Positions 54,445-64,000 of a stretch of DNA of 64,000 nt are shown one piece after another. The notes beneath the pieces were generated by a model. It was not told the DNA's origin. It ran no database searches and worked only from the letters and a program-made list of their open reading frames with translations. Numbering within the stretch: the stretch's first letter is position 1; every line of letters begins with the position of its first letter. Source of the stretch: Holophagales bacterium (GTDB lineage: Bacteria; Acidobacteriota; Thermoanaerobaculia; Multivoradales; UBA5704); NCBI GenBank assembly GCA_031404815.1, contig JANNIH010000054.1:125509-189508 (forward strand), in the 5' to 3' direction. A program made the translations under genes and the position numbers.

Positions 54445-55545
54445 ATGCGCTTCCATCACGAATGTCTCGTAATCGATGGGCACACCGACGTCCCGACCCG
54501 CCTCTGGGAGGAGCCGGTCGATCTGAGCGCCCGATGCCGCGATCGCCAGATCGATCTTCCTCGGTTGAAAGCGGGGGGCGTCGACGCGCTCGTCTGGGCG
54601 CTATTCCTTCCCGCGAGCCTCGACCCGGAGGCGGGGCGCGAACACGCCCGGCGGCTCTGGGAGGTTTCGCTCGAGCACTTCGTGCCGGGAGACCTCGAAG
54701 GCGCGCGCAGCGCCGAGGATGTCCGGCGCAATGCCGCGCGGGGGATCGTCTCAGTGCTGTTCGGGCTCGAAAACGGCCGACCACTACCGTTGCCCGGAAT
54801 GATCGACGAGTGCGCGCGGTGGGGGGTTCGTTACGTCACGCTCACCCACTTCGCGAGCCACGAATGGTGCGATGCCTCGACCGATGAGCCACGGCACGGC
54901 GGGCTCTCCGCGGCGGGGTGCGACTTGGTGCGCCGCCTCAACCGGGCGGGGATTCTGCCGGACGTCTCGCATGTTTCGGACGCGGCGGTTGAACAGGTGC
55001 TCGAGGTTTCGAAGGTCGCGCCGATCGCCAGCCACAGCTCGGCGCGGGCACTTTGCGATCATCCGCGAAACCTCTCCGACGGTTTGGTCCGCGAGATCGC
55101 CCGGCGGGGCGGCTTGGTGATGGCGAACAGCTTTCCCGCGTTTATCGACCCCGCGGCGGCTGAGGCACTCCCCGAGCGCGAGGCGAGTATCGCCGCCGAG
55201 CGCCGCGACCTCGGCGACTTGGCGGGGAACTACTTCACCGACCCTGGCCCGGTGGCGCGCGAGTTGGCGCGGTTCTATGCGGATCGCCCGCTCCCGGAGG
55301 CGACGCTCGACCAATTCGTCGACCACATCATCCATTTGATCGAGCTCGGCGGCGAAGAGCATGTCGGGATCGGCAGCGACTTCGACGGCATCCCCGAGAC
55401 GCTCCGCGGCTTCGAAGATGTCTCCCGGTTTCCCGATCTCACATATGCGCTGCTCGCCCGGGGCGTCGACCAAGGCGGCGTTAGGCTGATCCTAGGGGAG
55501 AACTTCCTCCGCGCGCTCACGGCGACTGAAGACGCGGCCGACTGA
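54445..55545 (+). CDS. Membrane dipeptidase family (M19) peptidase
   Basis: IDGHTD, GLENG, YVTLTH, DVSH, IASHS, HPRNL, VGIGSDFDG, LGENFLR. Confidence 0.92.
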   Translation: MRFHHECLVIDGHTDVPTRLWEEPVDLSARCRDRQIDLPRLKAGGVDALVWALFLPASLDPEAGREHARRLWEVSLEHFVPGDLEGARSAEDVRRNAARGIVSVLFGLENGRPLPLPGMIDECARWGVRYVTLTHFASHEWCDASTDEPRHGGLSAAGCDLVRRLNRAGILPDVSHVSDAAVEQVLEVSKVAPIASHSSARALCDHPRNLSDGLVREIARRGGLVMANSFPAFIDPAAAEALPEREASIAAERRDLGDLAGNYFTDPGPVARELARFYADRPLPEATLDQFVDHIIHLIELGGEEHVGIGSDFDGIPETLRGFEDVSRFPDLTYALLARGVDQGGVRLILGENFLRALTATEDAAD

Positions 55546-55664
55546 GGACTAAAGCGCGGCCGACCGGAGCCACCCCTGCGCGAGGACTTCTTGCGAGCAG
55601 ATTGGGAGCCCTGTGGCGGATGCGCCGGTGAGGCCGAGGAGTAAAAGAATCAAGGTGGTTCGCA

Positions 55665-55752
55665 TCGCGCAACGGACCGAGCCGGCGGCGTGTCTTCTCC
55701 AGGCGTTCCAGGTGCTTCTCGATCTTTTCATTCACCGATCCGGCCTCGCTTT
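55665..55752 (-). repeat. Second copy of the 208-295 segment; truncated remnant of the 225-638 gene
   Basis: 88 bp, 8 mismatches by manual alignment; encodes VNEKIEKHLERLEKTRRRLG, then similarity stops. Confidence 0.85.
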
Positions 55753-56202
55753 TTGCCATTCCCACCAGGCCCATTCCTCGGGCCTCTGATGGGGTGATTG
55801 GGGGGTGGCGGCGCTGCGCGCCCGGCGGCGCGCGCGAATCAGTTGAACGAGCGCCAGCGGCTCGGCCTCGCCTTTGCGCAGGATCGCGGCCCAAACGAGA
55901 AGGGTGACCAGGCCGCCATGCGGCAGCGAAGCCGCTTCTTCAGTCGCCACATTGGCGAGGCGGCCGGCGAGCTTGGGCAACCACTCGCCGCGCCGCAGAA
56001 AGAGGAGGCAACGGCCGAGCTCGAGCGTCGCTTCGGCGGCGGGGAACGGGTCGCCCAGGGTCTCGTACCCTAAAGCTGCCCGCTCGAAGTGAAAGGCGGC
56101 TTCACGGAAGTCGCCTTCATAGGTAGCCTGCTCGCCACGGAACATGAGCCTCCGGGCGAAGCGGCGTAGAACGGAAGGATCGGCGGGGCTCAGGTCGGCC
56201 AT
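55732..56202 (-). CDS. Short TPR-like helical hypothetical protein
   Basis: GDFREAAFHFERAALGY...AAEATLELGRCLL resembles the C-terminal helices of the adjacent HTH-TPR proteins; start at ATG 56202 inferred. Confidence 0.55.
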   Translation of the reverse strand: MADLSPADPSVLRRFARRLMFRGEQATYEGDFREAAFHFERAALGYETLGDPFPAAEATLELGRCLLFLRRGEWLPKLAGRLANVATEEAASLPHGGLVTLLVWAAILRKGEAEPLALVQLIRARRRARSAATPQSPHQRPEEWAWWEWQKARPDR

Positions 56203-56432
56203 GCCGTAAAGCGTAGAGCGCACTTCTGGCCGACTGCGCAACTTCGAGCGAAAACCCCGATCCTGACCGCCGAAATGCGCGAAATGGGGCATCCGGGTAC
56301 CGATGAAATACCGAGGGGGAGTACCGCAGGCACCTCGATAGGAGAGCCCGTCGCCCGTTCCGAACAAAAGACGCGATCTCTTGTCTCGCAAAGCTTGCGG
56401 CGAGCACTGTATGATTCATAGAGTTCCAACGA

Positions 56433-57866
56433 ATGGACGAACCGAACGCACCTCTGCTGGCGCGCGCGCTCAAAGCTCTGCGAATCCTTCGGGGGTGGAG
56501 TCAGGGGGATCTCGCCCAGGAAGCGGGGCTCGACCGCAGCACGATCCGGCGCCTCGAAGCGGGCGATATCGACCTCCCGCGCGAGCGTCTGGAATGGTTC
56601 GGTGTCCTCATGCAGGCGAAGCCGGGGCAGGTCGAGATGGCGATCGAATTCGCCGCGACCGAGGATGCGCAGGAGGAAGAATCACCGGCCGGCGCCGAGA
56701 CCGACCCGCGCGATGCGCTGATCGAAAGTGCCCTCGCCGCTGCGCACAGCGAGCTGCGCCGCCTGCTCGAAGAAAGGCGTTGGGCCTCCGATCTCGCCGC
56801 CGCGAAGGCCGAGGCGGCGGAACGCTGGCGCGTGCTCGCGCCCCTTTCGCACGAGAATCGCCTCGCCCTGGTCGAGGAATGCCGGGAGTTCCCCACCCCC
56901 GCCCTCAGCGCCCGGCTATGCGACCAGAGCGAGCGGGCCGCATCGCGTAGCGCCGTCGAGGCCGTGGCTCTGGCCAAACTGGCGCTTGCAGTAGCTGACC
57001 TATTGCCCGAGTCGAAAGGGAGCGAACGCGGGAGAGCCTACGCTCATGCGTTTGTTGCGAACTCGCATCGGGTAGCGAACGAATTCGGCTTGGCGGATGT
57101 GGCCATGGCCTGGTGCTGCGAGCGGTTCCCGTATGGTGTCGGCGATCCGACCGGTCTGTTCCCCGAGTACCGAGTGCTCGACCGGGAAGGATCACTGCGG
57201 CGAGATCAAGGAAGTTTCGGTGATGCAACGGAACTTCTTAGCCGTGCGTTGGAGCTTGGCGCACCCGGGGATCGGGCCCGTATTCTCCTCAATCAGGCGG
57301 CGACCTTCGAGCTATCTGGGCAGCCCGAGAAGGCGTTGTCGGCTCTCCAGGAAGCCCTGCCGAGAATACCTAACACCGAAGACGGCCCCCGCTTTCTTTG
57401 GCTCTTGCGGTGCAGCGAGGTGAAGATTCTCGTTTCGCTGGACCGTCCGGAGGAGGCGGCAGCCGCATTGCCGAGGCTGCATCGGCTCAGCGCCGAGCGT
57501 GGCGACCGCCTGAGCTTCCTTCGCCTTCGTTGGCTTGAGGCAACCGTCACCGCGGCGCTCGGCGACACGGCCGAAGCGTTGGTCCAGTTGACCGCGGTTC
57601 GCCTGTCGTTCGCATCGATCTCGCTCCCTGTGGACGCAGTAGGCGTCGGCCTGTACCAGGCGGAAATCCTGCTGCGCGCGGGGCAATCCTCGCGAGTGCG
57701 TGTACTCGTCGCTGAAATGAAGCCGATCCTTGCTGCACTCAACCTACAGCTCGAAGCACTCGCCGCGCTACGGCTGTTCGTCGAAGCGGCGGAGCGCGAT
57801 GCCGCAACAGTGGCGATGGCTCGCTCTGCGGCACAGGCCCTCTGCCGATTGCCGCGCAATGGCTAA
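56433..57866 (+). CDS. XRE-family HTH protein with C-terminal TPR-like repeats
   Basis: LKALRILRGWSQGDLAQEAGLDRSTIRRLEAGD (HTH_3 pattern); helical repeats such as QGSFGDATELLSRALE and SGQPEKALSALQEAL. Confidence 0.88.
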   Translation: MDEPNAPLLARALKALRILRGWSQGDLAQEAGLDRSTIRRLEAGDIDLPRERLEWFGVLMQAKPGQVEMAIEFAATEDAQEEESPAGAETDPRDALIESALAAAHSELRRLLEERRWASDLAAAKAEAAERWRVLAPLSHENRLALVEECREFPTPALSARLCDQSERAASRSAVEAVALAKLALAVADLLPESKGSERGRAYAHAFVANSHRVANEFGLADVAMAWCCERFPYGVGDPTGLFPEYRVLDREGSLRRDQGSFGDATELLSRALELGAPGDRARILLNQAATFELSGQPEKALSALQEALPRIPNTEDGPRFLWLLRCSEVKILVSLDRPEEAAAALPRLHRLSAERGDRLSFLRLRWLEATVTAALGDTAEALVQLTAVRLSFASISLPVDAVGVGLYQAEILLRAGQSSRVRVLVAEMKPILAALNLQLEALAALRLFVEAAERDAATVAMARSAAQALCRLPRNG

Positions 57867-57935
57867 CCCGATACCAGGGTTGAAACGGGGAGACTGGGGG
57901 CAGCCACCTTCCCTCAGCCCCCCGATTCTGCCGGC

Positions 57936-58241
57936 TCAGCCGTTGGGATCAAATACGAGGCCTGTATTGCTCAATGGGTGCGTCGGCACCGAGTGGCCGC
58001 CCGGATCGAAAACCAGCCCGGTCGCACCGAACAGAGCCTCCGGCTGGCTCCGTCCGCTCGGATCGAACTCGAGGCCGGTGTCAGCCCAGAGGGCCGAAAG
58101 GAACCGCCAGGCCGAAGCGAAGAGCGAACCCTCACCGCGCGGCGCGGCGTGGGCCGGTGCGGCGAGGGTTGCGAAGAGGGCGAGGGTGACGAGCGCGCCG
58201 CCGAGGCGGCGGGCCGGTCGGTGGGGAATTCTTCGTTGCAT
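57936..58241 (-). CDS. Secreted propeptide with three TGLxFDPxG cores
   Basis: AAAGGAG RBS; basic n-region, hydrophobic h-region, AHA cleavage site; cores at residues 55, 74 and 93, the last ending at the stop. Confidence 0.85.
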   Translation of the reverse strand: MQRRIPHRPARRLGGALVTLALFATLAAPAHAAPRGEGSLFASAWRFLSALWADTGLEFDPSGRSQPEALFGATGLVFDPGGHSVPTHPLSNTGLVFDPNG

Positions 58242-58341
58242 GAGATCTCCTTTCGGGAGGGTCGGGCGTGGGCTGTCGTGCCGCGCGCCCTACATATTTA
58301 GGTGTTCGATGCGCGATTTGGGGCATGGGGGATCATGAATC

Positions 58342-59868
58342 ATGCGGAACGCGGCGGCGAGAGGGGATGTGCGGCGGGAGAAAGGGGCGAGAGATGCGGG
58401 CGTCGGTCGGGTGCCCGAGGTTCTGCGCGCGCTCAGCGGTCTGCCTAAGGGCGAATTCGCCCGGCCGGGCAGGTTGCCCCCCTTCGCCCTCTCGAAACAC
58501 CGGAAGGGTAAGGCTCTCCTCGCGCCCGGCCAGCTCGAATGCCTGGCGGCAGAGGCCGGTCTGCCCCTCGCCTTTGCCGAACAGGTCGTCGCCTCGGCGC
58601 TCGTCCTCGCTGCGTCCTCCGGCGTGTCCTCCGGGACGGCGGGCGGCGGCGACTTCGCCACCGAAGCGGCCTGCCGGGTCGCCGCGATCCTCGCCCCGGC
58701 ACTTCGCGCGCTCGAAAGCCGCCCGCCGCGCCCGGGCGTCGAGCGGGATCCGGGCGATCCGTTTGGCGTGGCACTCGCCGAAGCGCAATGGCGGCGGCTG
58801 GCCAAGCGCACGGCGGAACAGCGGGCTCTGATCATCGAGCACGGCCGCGAATACCAGACCGAGGCGTTCCTGGTTCGGCTCTGTGACGAGAGCGAACAGG
58901 CCGCGGCCGACGGCGCCGGGGACGCCATGCAGCTGGCCAAGCTCGCGCAGCGGGTGGCCGCTTTGGCGCCCGGATCGGATGGGCAACGCGCCCGCCGCAC
59001 CGGCTACGCTTGGGGCTACGTCGCCAACTCCCACAGGGCAACGGGCCTGCTCCCTCCCGCCGATGCCGCCTTGAGCCTCGCGAGCGGCTTGTTCGGAGAA
59101 TCCGCAGGTGCCGAGTGCGCGCTGCTCGACCCATCCCGGCTCATCGACCTCGAAGCTCGGCTGCTCCGCGATCAGGGCGGGACGGCGCAAGCTCTGAAAC
59201 TGCACGAACAGGCGCTCGAGAGTTGCCACCCGGACAGTCGCGTCCGCCTGCTGATCAGCCGGGCCGACACCCTGGAGCAGTGTGGGGAGAGCTTGCGGGC
59301 GTTGGACACCCTGCGCGAAGCGCAGTCCCGAATCTCCGAGGGCCGGGCCGAACCACGGTTGCGCCGCCGGTTGGAATGGAGCCTCGCCTTGACCCTGCTC
59401 GAGTTGGACCGGCCGAAGGAGGCGCAAGCCCAACTTTCCAGCCTGCGCCTCTTGGCCGCCGAAGAGGGCGGACCGGCCCTCCTGCGGCTCCGCTGGCTCG
59501 CCGCGCGCATTGGCGCCTCCCTCGGCCGGTCGGCGGAGGCGCTGGTAGAGCTCGCCCTGGTTCGCCAAGAATTTGGTACCATCAAGCGGCCGGCCGATGC
59601 GGTGATCGTCGGCTTGCACGAGACAGAGATCCTGCTCCGCGAAGATCGTTCCGCGAAAGCCCGCACCCTCGTGCGCGCCCTACGCCCGAGCTTCGAATCG
59701 CTGGGCCTGCAACCTGAAGCGCTCGGCGCCTATCGACGGTTCGTCACCGCCGTCGAACGCGAGGCGGCAACGGGTACCATGGCCCTCGAGTTGGCGAAAG
59801 CGATCGAACCGTCTGGGCGCGGCAGAATAGGTCCAGCCCACCACCGGGCTGGGCCAGAACACCAGTGA
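58342..59868 (+). CDS. Paralogous HTH(degenerate)-TPR-like protein
   Basis: Shares RLCD.SE.AA, A..LAKLA..VA, VANSHR, RDQG, LRLRWL.A, P.DAV.VGL...EILLR with 56433-57866. Confidence 0.82.
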   Translation: MRNAAARGDVRREKGARDAGVGRVPEVLRALSGLPKGEFARPGRLPPFALSKHRKGKALLAPGQLECLAAEAGLPLAFAEQVVASALVLAASSGVSSGTAGGGDFATEAACRVAAILAPALRALESRPPRPGVERDPGDPFGVALAEAQWRRLAKRTAEQRALIIEHGREYQTEAFLVRLCDESEQAAADGAGDAMQLAKLAQRVAALAPGSDGQRARRTGYAWGYVANSHRATGLLPPADAALSLASGLFGESAGAECALLDPSRLIDLEARLLRDQGGTAQALKLHEQALESCHPDSRVRLLISRADTLEQCGESLRALDTLREAQSRISEGRAEPRLRRRLEWSLALTLLELDRPKEAQAQLSSLRLLAAEEGGPALLRLRWLAARIGASLGRSAEALVELALVRQEFGTIKRPADAVIVGLHETEILLREDRSAKARTLVRALRPSFESLGLQPEALGAYRRFVTAVEREAATGTMALELAKAIEPSGRGRIGPAHHRAGPEHQ

Positions 59869-60105
59869 TCTGAGCCAGAACACCAGTGATCTGGGCCAGA
59901 ACACCACTGATCTGAGCCAGAACACCAGTGAGCTGGGCCAGAACACCAGTGAGCTGAGCCAGAACACCAGCGAGCTGGGCCAGAACACCAGTGATCTGGG
60001 CCAGAACACCAGTGAGCTGGGCCAGAACACCAGTGAGCTGAGCCAGAACACCAGTGAGCTGAGCCAGAACACCAGCGAGCTGGGCCAGAACACCAGTGAG
60101 CTGAG
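59849..60105. repeat. Tandem array of 12 x 21 bp, consensus CTG(G/A)GCCAGAACACCAGTGA(G/T)
   Basis: Twelve contiguous units counted from 59849 to 60100 plus a partial CTGAG; no spacers. Confidence 0.97.
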
Positions 60106-60232
60106 GCTCGGTGTGGGCTTCGTGCGGAAGGAATTCCAGCGCTAAACTCTCCCGTCGCAGCCGGGAGCCCCGGAACCTGGCCGCCGCGCTTGCGTATCAG
60201 ACTCCAGACCAAACCTAGAAGGGAAGACCACC

Positions 60233-63541
<3,309 letters not shown>

Positions 63542-63601
63542 TTGCGAGAGAGAATCTGGGCCGGGTGTCGAATTGACGCTCGGCTTGGCGCTCGGCAAGC
63601 A

Positions 63602-63659
63602 CCCCCTTTCGTTAGGGAGGGTCCCTGAAACCCAGGAACCCTCCACTACCGAAAGGGGG
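63602..63659 (+). promoter_or_regulatory. Long imperfect hairpin (about 24 bp) covering the putative RBS of the next gene
   Basis: CCCCCTTTCG..TAG.GGAGGGT.CCTG-AAACC-CAGG.ACCCTCC.CTA.CGAAAGGGGG; ATG follows 7 nt later. Confidence 0.55.
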
Positions 63660-63666
63660 CTTCGTT

Positions 63667-64000
63667 ATGTCTCTCCGCCGCGCTGCCGTTTTTGTGGCTT
63701 TGTTCTCTCTGACCGGTGCTGCCTATGCTGTGCCGCCGCTGGTCAAGGAGGGCCGCGCCGTCACCGGGCTCAACCGGCTCCTCGGTGAGCCGATCTGGGA
63801 GCTTGGGGGTGGCCTTGGTACCTTCGGCTTCTCCATGCTGGGCGGCCAGGACCCCGGCGGCACCGTCGCCCTGCCGCTCACTCCGGCCTCCCCACCGAGC
63901 AGCATCCTCGCGACCGATGTCGATCCCTTCATCCTCACCGCCTTTGGAGTGCCCGCGCCCGACCCGTCGGTCTTGAACGTGCCCTTGCGTCGGGTTGCCG
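63667..64000 (+). CDS. 5' part of a secreted hypothetical protein (runs off the window)
   Basis: MSLRRAAVFVALFSLTGAAYA signal peptide; frame is open to the window end. Confidence 0.7.
   Translation, partial: MSLRRAAVFVALFSLTGAAYAVPPLVKEGRAVTGLNRLLGEPIWELGGGLGTFGFSMLGGQDPGGTVALPLTPASPPSSILATDVDPFILTAFGVPAPDPSVLNVPLRRVA

Noticed and set aside
57936-58241. Classical RiPP cluster (graspetide, lasso or lanthipeptide)
   Set aside because: No modifying enzyme or dedicated transporter is nearby, and the precursor has a Sec-type signal. Kept only as an alternative hypothesis.
59849-60105. CRISPR array
   Set aside because: The units are contiguous with no unique spacers, and there are no cas genes in the window.
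55500-60200. Prophage, IS or integrative element explaining the cassette
   Set aside because: No integrase, transposase, terminal inverted repeats or att-like direct repeats were seen.
59680-60212. Minus-strand ORFs (LVFWPSS)n and (HWCSGPA)n as real genes
   Set aside because: They are by-products of a stop-free 21-bp repeat, overlap the HTH-TPR gene antisense, and have no convincing RBS.

Overview
GC-rich bacterial chromosomal window. The gene content (Oar-like TonB receptor, ECF sigma/Ser-Thr kinase pair, DUF4388, delta-60 repeats, HTH-TPR paralogues) suggests Acidobacteriota, possibly Thermoanaerobaculia-like; this is an inference. Most of it is housekeeping: purEK, acyl-CoA carboxylase beta, glyA, folC, accD, yebC-ruvC, addAB-like, cdsA, pckA, trmJ-like, apgM, argS, rlmN, prfA, rpmE. 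There are two accessory zones. (1) 29.8-40.6 kb: an ECF/kinase pair, five exported proteins whose two transcription units share a 24-bp upstream motif, and a mazEF-type TA pair. (2) 55.5-60.1 kb: two XRE-HTH/TPR-like paralogues flank a 101-aa secreted peptide carrying three TGLxFDPxG cores at a 19-aa period, followed by a 12 x 21-bp tandem array. This second locus is the best candidate for an undescribed system: an RRNPP-like peptide-signalling cassette in a diderm lineage. Other oddities are an internally deleted uppS-like remnant still coupled to cdsA, a pseudo-receiver/kinase/TonB-C fusion, an 88-bp segment shared between the two ends of the window, and a Tat-exported vanadium haloperoxidase. 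I saw no rRNA, tRNA, CRISPR array or transposase. All calls come from reading motifs by eye; no database searches were run.
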